A stretch of 64,000 nt of DNA, from NCBI GenBank assembly GCA_963674865.2, contig CAXXYE010000009.1:864001-928000 (forward strand), in the 5' to 3' direction. The notes beneath the pieces are model-generated. The model was not told the DNA's origin. It did not search any database and saw nothing but the letters and a program-made list of their open reading frames with translations. Positions 49,761 to 58,670 of this stretch are shown here, piece after piece. Within the stretch, counting starts at the first letter, position 1, and each line of letters begins with the position of its first letter. A program made the translations under genes and the position numbers. This DNA is from Candidatus Hydrogenedentota bacterium (GTDB lineage: Bacteria; Hydrogenedentota; Hydrogenedentia; Hydrogenedentales; SLHB01).

Positions 49761-50832
49761 ATTCGGCCCGCCCGATGGCCTGCCGCGCAGCCTCGATGAA
49801 TGGCCACATGAGGTCCCCGTAGAACCGGTGTCCGCCGGGGCCATAGGCGTGCGCGAAGCGCTCATCGGCCCCGGCGGCCCTGTAAATGGCCCGGAGTCCC
49901 GTCACGGCCTCGTCAACATCGGCGTTGAGGAACAGCGTATCCTCTCGGCCGTTTACCACCAGCAAGCGGCGCGGGGCAATTAGCCCCGCCACGTCGTGGA
50001 GGTCGCCGAACGTCAGAATCCCCGGCACGGTGTTGCAATCGCAATGGTGGGCGCACCCATCGCTCCGGACAAGAAGTGTAAACGAGCACGAAGGCGCCGC
50101 GATGCTCACCCGTTCATCGCAGGCGGCGGCATAGGTCGTTACCACGCCGCCGCCGGAGTTGCCCAGCACCAATAGGCAGCGGCCATCCACCTCCGGTAGC
50201 TCAAGCCCCCAATCAATGAGGCGTTCCACATCCCAGACGCGTTCGCCTACCGCCGTTCGCCCCGCCAAGAGACAATGCACCATCTGGCTCCGGCAATCGC
50301 GGCCCCCAAACCGGCCCCGGAAGTCGGGCACGCCCGGGCAGCCCAGGCCCCGCGTCGCCGGGGCGATGGCCACGAAGCCGTGGGCCGCGGCCTGCACCGC
50401 CACATCGCGCTGCTCCTCGGCAATACGCTGCCGCGCGGCGGCGTTATCCGTCACTCCGGCATACAGGCCGTGCTCCGAGTGCCCGTGCGGCATGACGGCC
50501 AATCCAAATGGGCCTTTCCCCTTCGGACGCAAGAGCCAGAACGGCACGCTTACGTCCGGCTCACTTGCCATCACGCCGCCCTGGCGTGTGTAGGCGCCGA
50601 GATCCTCCGGCGCCCCGAGGTCGACGGTCGGTACATATCCTTCCAACTGGGCGGCCATTCGACGAAGCCCCAGCAGGTCCCGCAATACGGGCCTGGCGGC
50701 CGATTGCCACGCCGCTACCTCCTCCGGCGTCCGTGCGCGGCACGCGTAACGCCGCCCCTCTTCCGCGTAGATCCGGCGCATGTACCTCAATACCGCCTCC
50801 GCCTGACCTCCGCCTGCTTCTTCCTTCGTCAT
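49759..50832 (-). CDS. Alpha/beta hydrolase (dienelactone hydrolase/acetyl xylan esterase-like)
   Basis: PHGH, nucleophile GNSGGG, G..D.LF, GGHRF, HHCDCN. Confidence 0.82.
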   Translation of the reverse strand: MTKEEAGGGQAEAVLRYMRRIYAEEGRRYACRARTPEEVAAWQSAARPVLRDLLGLRRMAAQLEGYVPTVDLGAPEDLGAYTRQGGVMASEPDVSVPFWLLRPKGKGPFGLAVMPHGHSEHGLYAGVTDNAAARQRIAEEQRDVAVQAAAHGFVAIAPATRGLGCPGVPDFRGRFGGRDCRSQMVHCLLAGRTAVGERVWDVERLIDWGLELPEVDGRCLLVLGNSGGGVVTTYAAACDERVSIAAPSCSFTLLVRSDGCAHHCDCNTVPGILTFGDLHDVAGLIAPRRLLVVNGREDTLFLNADVDEAVTGLRAIYRAAGADERFAHAYGPGGHRFYGDLMWPFIEAARQAIGRAE

Positions 50833-51072
50833 GCCACCCTCCTCGGCACTCCCTTGCCTCGTTGTCTTCGAGCGTACTTGCGCGTCTTACGCCAGTTTTC
50901 ATCGTAGTAGAAAGTCACGTATGATGGAAACTTGGCCAAGCCGGCGGCCGCGCGGAGGGCGCAAGACGGAACACGAGTTTCTCGCCTCGGGCACGCTCAG
51001 GACTTGCGCGCTATCAGACGCATTGTGTGACGTTATTCTAAAGGGACTGAGGCTTACGGAAGGCAAGAGCGG

Positions 51073-52434
51073 GTGGGAGCGAAGGTACGACTTGAGATTA
51101 CGGCCGGCGCACTGAAAGGGAAGGCGTTTGTCTTTGAGGAGCACGACACCTTCCTATTGGGCCGCGCGCCGGAGTGCCACATTAGCTTGCCGGACGATTC
51201 CTTCGTGTCACGGCACCACTTCCTGCTTGAGCTGAATCCTCCTCAGGTATGCCTCAGAGATCTTGGGAGCCTGAACGGAACCTTCGTTAACGGCGTCCGC
51301 ATTGGGGGAGGGCGGCTCGAGCGATCTCCCTTAGAGGAGAGTTCCGATAAAGCCTACGAAGTGGCCCTCCACGACGGCGACGTGATTCAAGTGGGGGAAA
51401 CTGTCATAGGCGTGGCCATTGAGCAGACCCCTGACAAGACGGCCGTTCTATGCTGTGCCTTCTGCGGCGGGAGGCTCGGAACGGGGATCGCAAGCTTGCC
51501 CGACGGCACGCCCGTCTGCGAGGCGTGTGCCGCGAAGCAGCAAGCGGGCCTTTCAGGGGAAACGGAAACGATGGCGGCGGAGACTCTGCCTCCCGGGGGC
51601 AAAGCGTTGCCGACGGTTCCGGGTTATGTACTCGAAAGGCAAGTGGGCAGCGGGGGGATGGGCGTAGTCTACAAGGGGCGGAGAATCGACGATGAGACGC
51701 CGTTTGCAATAAAGATCGTCCACGCGCGCGCCGCCGTGGCCGAACAAGCCCAACGGACCTTCATGCGTGAAATGGAGATACTGCGTGATCTGCAGCATCC
51801 CAACATCGTCGCCTTTCGAGAGAGCCGCTCTGAACAGGGCGCCTTCTGCTTTGTCATGGAGTATTGCCGCCGCGGCAGCGTGGCCGACTTGATGGATAAG
51901 CGCGGCGGAAAGCTCCCGGTTGATCTCGCCGTGCATATCGCGCTTCAAGCGCTCAAAGGGCTCGCCCACGCCCACGAGCAGAATCTTGTGCACCGCGATA
52001 TGAAGCCTCAGAACCTGCTTCTGGATGGCACTCGGACAAAGTGGGTGACAAAAGTCGGTGATTTCGGCCTGGCCAAGAACCTGGACAAGGCGGGCATCAG
52101 CGGCCTCACCGCTACAGGCACCTTTGGGGGCTCGTGCGACTTCATGCCGCGTGAACAGGTAACCAACTTCAAGTATGTCCAGCCCTCGGCCGATGTATGG
52201 AGCATGGCCGCTACGCTTTACGCCATGATTACTGGCAAGTTTCCGCGTCTGCGTGAAGCCGGGCAGGATCCCATCGAGATAATTCTGCGGGGGGAAGCGG
52301 CGCCCATTCGCGTGCGTGATCCGAAGGTGCCGTCCGGTTTGGCGCAAGTGATCGACCAGGCGCTTGTCAGCCGCCCCGAAGATCGGTTTCCAACGGCGCG
52401 CGAGTTCCGTGAAGCGCTCAGGAAAGCCTTCTAA
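51073..52434 (+). CDS. Soluble FHA + Cys4 + Ser/Thr (Hanks) protein kinase
   Basis: FHA LGR..VSRHH..DLGSLNGTFVNG; CAFC..CEAC; GSGGMGVVY, AIK, HRDMKPQN, DFG; no TM segment. Confidence 0.92.
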   Translation: MGAKVRLEITAGALKGKAFVFEEHDTFLLGRAPECHISLPDDSFVSRHHFLLELNPPQVCLRDLGSLNGTFVNGVRIGGGRLERSPLEESSDKAYEVALHDGDVIQVGETVIGVAIEQTPDKTAVLCCAFCGGRLGTGIASLPDGTPVCEACAAKQQAGLSGETETMAAETLPPGGKALPTVPGYVLERQVGSGGMGVVYKGRRIDDETPFAIKIVHARAAVAEQAQRTFMREMEILRDLQHPNIVAFRESRSEQGAFCFVMEYCRRGSVADLMDKRGGKLPVDLAVHIALQALKGLAHAHEQNLVHRDMKPQNLLLDGTRTKWVTKVGDFGLAKNLDKAGISGLTATGTFGGSCDFMPREQVTNFKYVQPSADVWSMAATLYAMITGKFPRLREAGQDPIEIILRGEAAPIRVRDPKVPSGLAQVIDQALVSRPEDRFPTAREFREALRKAF

Positions 52435-55400
52435 CTACTCAGGACATGTCCCGTCGTAGGTCAGCGTAGCGCCCCGGGCCTCGAGCGCGGGGATGTCCTC
52501 GCAGAGCGCCTTTCGACTTAACGGATTGCCCGCCATGTAGACTCGAGCCCCCTTTCCCAGTCCCGAGTTCGCCACAAGCGGCGTAAGATCTTCGATACGG
52601 TTGTTGTCTAGATAAAGCCAGTTCAGGTTTTCGAGGCCTGCGAGGGGCGATAGATCCTTGATTCCATTTCCGTTCAAGTAAAGATTCTGTACGGCGCGCA
52701 GCCCAGCCAGTGGTGCGATATCTTCGATCTCATTCTCGCCAAGATACAGCCGCCCCAGGTTTTCAAGTTCGGCCAGGGCGTCCATGGACGCAATTCGATT
52801 CTGGCTGAGCCAGAGCGTAGAAAGGGGCTTGATTCCCGCCAGGGGCGTCACGTCGGCGATCTCATTCTCACGCAGATCGAGGGACGACAGTTTCTGCAAT
52901 TGCGCCAGTGGCGATAGGTCGCGAATGTGGTTGGCACTTAAGTCGAGGGTGGTCAGCTCGCCACAATGCTCGAGGCCTGCTAGGTCCCCGATGTTGCACG
53001 AACTCGCGGTGAGCGTGGTTAGCTGCGCGATGTCGCCCCCGTAGATGTCGCCATCGGATTTGTCGACCGCGTCTCGGACGGCCTTTTCGAGGTTGGGATC
53101 CTTGAACTCAAAGGCCCCGCACCGCAGGTCGCACGTCACGATGACACCGCGCGCTTCGAGGGCGGGCACATCCTCGCAGAGGGCCGTCTGTCCCAGAGGG
53201 ATCTGCGTCAAGTACAGTGAGTCCCCCTTGTCGAGGCCCGGATTGGCGACCAACGCACCGATATCGTGGATCGGATTTCCACCCAGCCAAAGCCCTTCAA
53301 GATTAGTCAGGCCGGCTAGTGGCGTTAGATCGGTGATGTTGTTGTTTTCGAGGGCAAGGAACTTCATGCCCTTCAGGCCGGCCAGCGGGCGTAAATCCAC
53401 GAGCTTGGTGGCTCCGGAGGAGAGGCATAATCGTAAGCTGCCAAGCGTCGTCACTTGTGCCAGTGGCGCAACATCTGCGATCGGATTAGCATCCAGATTG
53501 AGCTGGGTCAGGTTCGTGAGGCCAGCCAAGGGACTTAGGTCGGAGATCTGGTTGTGGTCCAGCGTCAGGGAATCGAGACTCGTCAGATCCGCAACCGTCC
53601 CGATGTCGGTGATTTGGTTGTATCCGAGGTCAAGATTACGGAGATCCGGAAGAGCGGCCAACGGCGTGAGGTCCGATATCCGGCACCCTCGGCCCGTAAT
53701 GCGCTGGAGAGCCTCTAGAGACTCAAGAGGAGAGAGGTCACTAACCTTGCCAAAACTGAAGTTGAGGATGCTCAGGTTCACCAGGGGCGAGAGCACGTCC
53801 AAATCGCTGATACCCATGCTCGAGACTGCCAGGTCCTTCAGGTGGGTCAGGCTGGTAAGGGGCGTGAGGTCCGAGATGGGATTACCGTCTACATAGAGTA
53901 TCTCCAATTGCTGCAGGCTCTGAAGCGGGGCAATATCGGCAATGCGGTTCCCGCCAAGACTCAGGAACCGGAGATTGCGCATGCTTCCCAGGGATGAGAT
54001 GTCTTCAATGAGATTGCTCTCGCAGTGCAACTGCGAGAGGTTGGTGAGCGAGCCCAGCGCAGTTGCATCCTCGATCTTGTTGTGATCGATCTGGAGGATA
54101 TCAAGTCTGCTTAGTGTCGAAAGCGGACTGATGTCTACGATCCCGTTATGTCCGAGATGTAAGAAGCTTAGGCTCGTCAAGTCTGCCAGTGCACTTACAT
54201 CAGTGATTGCGTTGTTGTATAGATAGGCCGTCGTGAGCTGGGTCAGCGAAGCCAAGGGGCCGATGTTGGCAATGCGGTTGTTCGCCAATTCAATGTGAAT
54301 CAGATCCGTGCAGTTCTCGATGCCCGTGAGGTCCGTGATGTTCTCGCGCTGAACCTTTAGGGAGGTGAAACCCACGCCGAAGAGATCCGTGCGGTAGATC
54401 TTGCCCTTGGGCTTCTTGACGGCGGCGCGTATGGCCGTCTCGAGATTGGCATCCGGGAACGTCACAACCGGGCCTTTCTCGAGGTCGCTCACGAGGCGCG
54501 GGCCGATTACCGTCGCATACAGCACGAGCCCCGCCACTACCAAGAGAGAGGCGGCCACGGCCAGAATCGTCTTGTATGGAATGCGCCGCTTCTTCTCCAC
54601 CGGGGCCCTAGGCGCCAGAAAGGCATGCAAGTCCTGGATGAGCGTTCGGGCCGACGCGTAGCGCTTCTTGGGATTCTTGGCCACCATCTTCGCCAGAATC
54701 TTGTCCAATTCCGGCGGCACGTCGGGATTGGCCGATGAAGCCTTGGGGAAGGGGCGCTTTGTGATCTGGTACAGCACCGCCAGCGGTGTCTCGGCATCGA
54801 ACGGCGGCCTGCCCGTCAGCAGTTCAAACAAGGTCGCGCCCAGGGCGTAGATATCCGTCCGTGTGTCCACCACGCCCCCCTTGCATTGTTCGGGGGCCAT
54901 GTAGTGGGGCGTGCCCAAGGCGGCGCCATCCGTCGTGAGCTTGGTGGCTCCTACGAGGGCTTTGGCCAGGCCGAAATCAAGGACCTTCACCCGCCCGTCC
55001 TCATCCACCATGATATTCTCAGGCTTGACGTCCCGATGGATGATGCCCTGCCGGTGGGCCTCCTCGATCGCCCCCGCCGCCTGCATGATGATCTCCACCG
55101 CGTGCCGTGGCTCCAGCGGGCCCTCCCGACGTACAATCTCGGCGAGGGACAGGCCCCGGACGTATTCCATGGCGATGAAATGCCGGCCGCTTTGTTCGCC
55201 GACAGCGTAGATCGTGACGATACTGGCGTGGTTCAAGCGTGCTACGGCGCGCGCCTCGCGCTCGAAGCGCTTCACGAATTCGGGGTCTTGAGAAAGGTAG
55301 CGCGGAAGGACCTTCAGCGCGACAGTGCGTTCAAGCGAAGTTTCCCGCGCCTCGTAGACAACCCCCATCCCCCCGCGGCCCAGTTCCCGCAGGACTTCAA

Positions 55401-55449
55401 ACTCGCCCAGTCGCCCCTTTGATCGGCGCCCCTCTTCCGGCATCCTCAC
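52435..55449 (-). CDS. Transmembrane Ser/Thr kinase with extracytoplasmic internalin-type LRR modules (copy A, 1004 aa)
   Basis: GRGGMGVVY, VALK, HRDVKPEN, DFG, YMAPE; KKRR then a TM helix; 16 LRRs, cap, second shorter LRR module. Confidence 0.92.
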   Translation of the reverse strand: MRMPEEGRRSKGRLGEFEVLRELGRGGMGVVYEARETSLERTVALKVLPRYLSQDPEFVKRFEREARAVARLNHASIVTIYAVGEQSGRHFIAMEYVRGLSLAEIVRREGPLEPRHAVEIIMQAAGAIEEAHRQGIIHRDVKPENIMVDEDGRVKVLDFGLAKALVGATKLTTDGAALGTPHYMAPEQCKGGVVDTRTDIYALGATLFELLTGRPPFDAETPLAVLYQITKRPFPKASSANPDVPPELDKILAKMVAKNPKKRYASARTLIQDLHAFLAPRAPVEKKRRIPYKTILAVAASLLVVAGLVLYATVIGPRLVSDLEKGPVVTFPDANLETAIRAAVKKPKGKIYRTDLFGVGFTSLKVQRENITDLTGIENCTDLIHIELANNRIANIGPLASLTQLTTAYLYNNAITDVSALADLTSLSFLHLGHNGIVDISPLSTLSRLDILQIDHNKIEDATALGSLTNLSQLHCESNLIEDISSLGSMRNLRFLSLGGNRIADIAPLQSLQQLEILYVDGNPISDLTPLTSLTHLKDLAVSSMGISDLDVLSPLVNLSILNFSFGKVSDLSPLESLEALQRITGRGCRISDLTPLAALPDLRNLDLGYNQITDIGTVADLTSLDSLTLDHNQISDLSPLAGLTNLTQLNLDANPIADVAPLAQVTTLGSLRLCLSSGATKLVDLRPLAGLKGMKFLALENNNITDLTPLAGLTNLEGLWLGGNPIHDIGALVANPGLDKGDSLYLTQIPLGQTALCEDVPALEARGVIVTCDLRCGAFEFKDPNLEKAVRDAVDKSDGDIYGGDIAQLTTLTASSCNIGDLAGLEHCGELTTLDLSANHIRDLSPLAQLQKLSSLDLRENEIADVTPLAGIKPLSTLWLSQNRIASMDALAELENLGRLYLGENEIEDIAPLAGLRAVQNLYLNGNGIKDLSPLAGLENLNWLYLDNNRIEDLTPLVANSGLGKGARVYMAGNPLSRKALCEDIPALEARGATLTYDGTCPE

Positions 55450-55476
55450 ATTCCCCTCGTTCCTGCCAAGGCAATG

Positions 55477-55509
55477 GGAGTCTAGCACGGGCGGCCATAT
55501 TCGCTCCAG
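55477..55509 (-). promoter_or_regulatory. Duplicated promoter block upstream of LRR kinase A
   Basis: 33-bp block, 31/33 identical to 58603-58635; minus strand contains the extended -10 TGcTAGACT. Confidence 0.65.
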
Positions 55510-55626
55510 AGGAGGTCTTTGACACTGTCAAATAAAGAGGACTTCGGCTCAGGAACCCGGCTATCGGCCGGGATGATAGTACTACGACCAATTCGGATGG
55601 CAGCGTTGGCTTAGGAGCGCATCGGC

Positions 55627-58575
55627 CTACTTCGGGCATGTGCCGTCGTAGGTAAGCGAGGCGCCCCGGGCCTCGAGCGCGGGAATATCCTCGCAGAGCG
55701 CCTTTCGGCTGAGCGGATTGCCCTCAAGGTATAGCTCGTCCGTCTTTCCTAATCCCGGATTATCCACAAGCGGCGTAAGATCTTCGATGCGGTTGTTGTT
55801 TAGATAGAGCCAATTCAGGTTTTCGAGATCCGCGAGTGGGGATAGATCCTTGATTCGGTTTCCATTGAGGTAGAGTTTCTGCAAACCGCGCATAGCCGCC
55901 AATGGCGCGATATCTTCGATCTCATTCTCGCCAAGATACAGCCTGCCCATGTAGATGAGATCCGTGAGCGCTTCCACGGATGCAATACGATTCTGGCTGA
56001 GCCAGAGGATACCGAGGGTCTTGAGCCCCGCCAAGGGCGTCACATCGGCGATCTCATTCTCACGCAGATCGAGCGAAGACAGTTTCGGCAATTGTGCCAG
56101 GGGCGTTAGGTCGCGAATGTGGTTGGCGCTCAGCTCGAGCGTGGTCAGCTCGCCACAATGCTCGAGGCCCGTCAGGTCACCAATGTTGGCCGAATTCGCC
56201 GTGAGCGTGGTTAGCTGCACAATGTCTGCCCCGTAGATATCGCCTTCGGGCTTGTCGATGGCGCCTCGGACGGCCTTCTCGAGCCCCGGGTCTTTGAACT
56301 CAATGGCACCGCACCGAATGTCACACGTCACAATAACGCCGCGCGCCTCGAGGGCGGGCACATCCTCGCAAAGGGCGGCCTGATCCAATGGCAATTGGCT
56401 TAGAAAGACAGAATCACCCTTGTCGAGGCCGGGATTGGCAACCAATGCGCGGATATCCCGAATCGGGTTCTTGTATAGCCAAAGCGCCTCAAGACTTGTT
56501 AGGCCGGACAAGGGCTTGATGTCGGTGATCTCGTTGCTATGCAGGCTAAGGTGCCTTAGCTGTTTCAGCGCTGCCAGCGGCCGTAGGTCGACGAGCTTCT
56601 GTGCGCTGGCCGATTGCGCTAGACCTAGGTTCTCAAGCTTCGTGAGTTGCGCCAACGGCCCGATGTCCACAATGGGATTACGGTCGAGATTAAGATGAGT
56701 CAGGTTCCCAAGAGTGCTCAGGGGCCGAAGATCCGCAATCTGATTATTGCTCAGTTCTAGGCTGGTGAGCTTGTCGAGGTGCCCCAGGGCGGTTACATCG
56801 GTCAGTCGATTAGAGGCCAGATTGAGGCTTTCCAACGCCGCAAGTCCCGCGATAAAACTGAGGTCGGATACCGTGGTGTTGCTCGCGTTCAAATGTCTGA
56901 GGCCAGTGAGAACCGCTAAGGGCGACAAGTCGGCAACGGTATTGCCATGGAGGTCAAGGACAAGCAAATTCGTGAGAGAGGAAAGCAAACCAGGGTCGCT
57001 CAAGCCTGTGTCCGAAACGTATAGGGTGGTGACATTCGTAAGCGCGCCAACTGGCGTAGGATCTGAGACGGGATTACCGTAAAGACTAAGGTACTCCAGC
57101 TTGTGCAGATTCCCGAGCGGCGAGATGTCGCCGACGCGATTGCCATGTAGCTTCAGATCTCTGAGGTTGGTGAGCAGGCCCAGGGCACTCACATCCTCAA
57201 TCTTGTTGCTGCTGATGTCGAGATGCTCAAGTTGGCTCAGTTGCGAAAGCGGAGTGATGTCCACGATCTCGTTTTGCGCGATGTGTAAATTGCTGAGGGC
57301 TGTCAACTGTTTCAGCGGCCCGGCATCCATAATGTGGTTGGTATATATATTGAGTGTCGCGAGCCGGGTCAACGCAGCCAACGGGCCAATATCGGCAATA
57401 CGGTTATGTGCCAAGTCAATGCTAGCCAGATCCGTACAGTTCTCGAGTCCCGTGAGGTCCGCGATGTTGTCCCGCTGCGCGCTCAGCGATCTGAAGCCCA
57501 CACCAATGAGATCCGTGCGATAGATCTTGCCCTTGGGCTTTTTGATGGCGGCGCGTATCGCCGTCTCGAGGTTGGCATCCGGAAACGTCACCACCGGGCC
57601 TTTCTCGAGGTCGCTCACGAGGCGCGGGCCGATTACCGTCGCATACAGCACGAGTCCCGCTACCACCAGGAGAGAAGCGGCTACGGCCAGAATCGTCTTG
57701 TACGGAATGCGCCGCCTCTTCTCCTCCGTCGCCTTGGGCGCCAGAAAGGCGTTCAGGTCCTGGATCAGCGCCCGGGTCGATGCGTAACGCCTTTTCGGCT
57801 TCTTGGCCACCATCTTGGCCAGGATCTTGTCCAATTGCGGCGGCACGTCGGGATTGGCCGACGTGGCCCTGGGGAAGGGGCGCTTCGTAATCTGGTACAG
57901 CACCGCCAGCGGCGTTTCGGCTTCAAACGCCGGCCGGCCCGTAAGCAGTTCGAATAGCGTGGCGCCTAGGGCGTAGATGTCCGTCCGCGTATCCACTTCG
58001 CCCCCCTTGCATTGTTCCGGGGCCATATAGTGGGGCGTGCCCAGAGAGGCGCCATCCGTCGTGAGCTTGGTGGTTCCCGCGAGCGCTTTGGCCAGGCCGA
58101 AGTCGAGCACCTTTACGCGCCCGTCCTCATCCACCATGATATTCTCAGGCTTGATGTCCCGATGGATGATGCCCTGCCGGTGGGCCTCCCCGATCGCCCC
58201 CGCCGCCTGCGTGATGATCTCGATCGCGCGCCGCGGCTCCAGCGGCCCTTCCCGGCGCACGATCTCGGCGAGCGACTGGCCCCGGACGTATTCCATGGCG
58301 ATGAAATGCCGGCCGCTCTGTTCGCCCACAGCGTAGATCGTGACGATGCTGGAATGGTTCAGCCGCGCCACGGCGCGTGCCTCGCGCTCGAAGCGCTTCA
58401 CGAACTCGGGGTCTTGAGAAAGGTAGCGCGGAAGGACCTTCAGCGCGACAGTGCGTTCAAGCGATATCTCCCGCGCCTCGTAAACGACCCCCATCCCCCC
58501 GCGGCCCAGTTCCCGCAGGACTTCAAACTCGCCCAGTCGCCCCTTTGATCGGCGCCCCTCGTCCGGCATCCTCAC
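55627..58575 (-). CDS. Transmembrane Ser/Thr kinase with extracytoplasmic internalin-type LRR modules (copy B, 982 aa)
   Basis: Same architecture as copy A; HRDIKPEN; 15 LRRs in the first module. Confidence 0.92.
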   Translation of the reverse strand: MRMPDEGRRSKGRLGEFEVLRELGRGGMGVVYEAREISLERTVALKVLPRYLSQDPEFVKRFEREARAVARLNHSSIVTIYAVGEQSGRHFIAMEYVRGQSLAEIVRREGPLEPRRAIEIITQAAGAIGEAHRQGIIHRDIKPENIMVDEDGRVKVLDFGLAKALAGTTKLTTDGASLGTPHYMAPEQCKGGEVDTRTDIYALGATLFELLTGRPAFEAETPLAVLYQITKRPFPRATSANPDVPPQLDKILAKMVAKKPKRRYASTRALIQDLNAFLAPKATEEKRRRIPYKTILAVAASLLVVAGLVLYATVIGPRLVSDLEKGPVVTFPDANLETAIRAAIKKPKGKIYRTDLIGVGFRSLSAQRDNIADLTGLENCTDLASIDLAHNRIADIGPLAALTRLATLNIYTNHIMDAGPLKQLTALSNLHIAQNEIVDITPLSQLSQLEHLDISSNKIEDVSALGLLTNLRDLKLHGNRVGDISPLGNLHKLEYLSLYGNPVSDPTPVGALTNVTTLYVSDTGLSDPGLLSSLTNLLVLDLHGNTVADLSPLAVLTGLRHLNASNTTVSDLSFIAGLAALESLNLASNRLTDVTALGHLDKLTSLELSNNQIADLRPLSTLGNLTHLNLDRNPIVDIGPLAQLTKLENLGLAQSASAQKLVDLRPLAALKQLRHLSLHSNEITDIKPLSGLTSLEALWLYKNPIRDIRALVANPGLDKGDSVFLSQLPLDQAALCEDVPALEARGVIVTCDIRCGAIEFKDPGLEKAVRGAIDKPEGDIYGADIVQLTTLTANSANIGDLTGLEHCGELTTLELSANHIRDLTPLAQLPKLSSLDLRENEIADVTPLAGLKTLGILWLSQNRIASVEALTDLIYMGRLYLGENEIEDIAPLAAMRGLQKLYLNGNRIKDLSPLADLENLNWLYLNNNRIEDLTPLVDNPGLGKTDELYLEGNPLSRKALCEDIPALEARGASLTYDGTCPK

Positions 58576-58602
58576 ATACCCCTTGACTCAGCCAAGTCGA
58601 GT

Positions 58603-58635
58603 GGAGTCTAGCACGAGCGGCCATATCCGCTCCAG
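58603..58635 (-). promoter_or_regulatory. Duplicated promoter block upstream of LRR kinase B
   Basis: Near-identical copy of 55477-55509 with TGcTAGACT. Confidence 0.65.
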
Positions 58636-58670
58636 GCGATGTGCAGGTTATTGAGCGTGAGCCATGGGGG

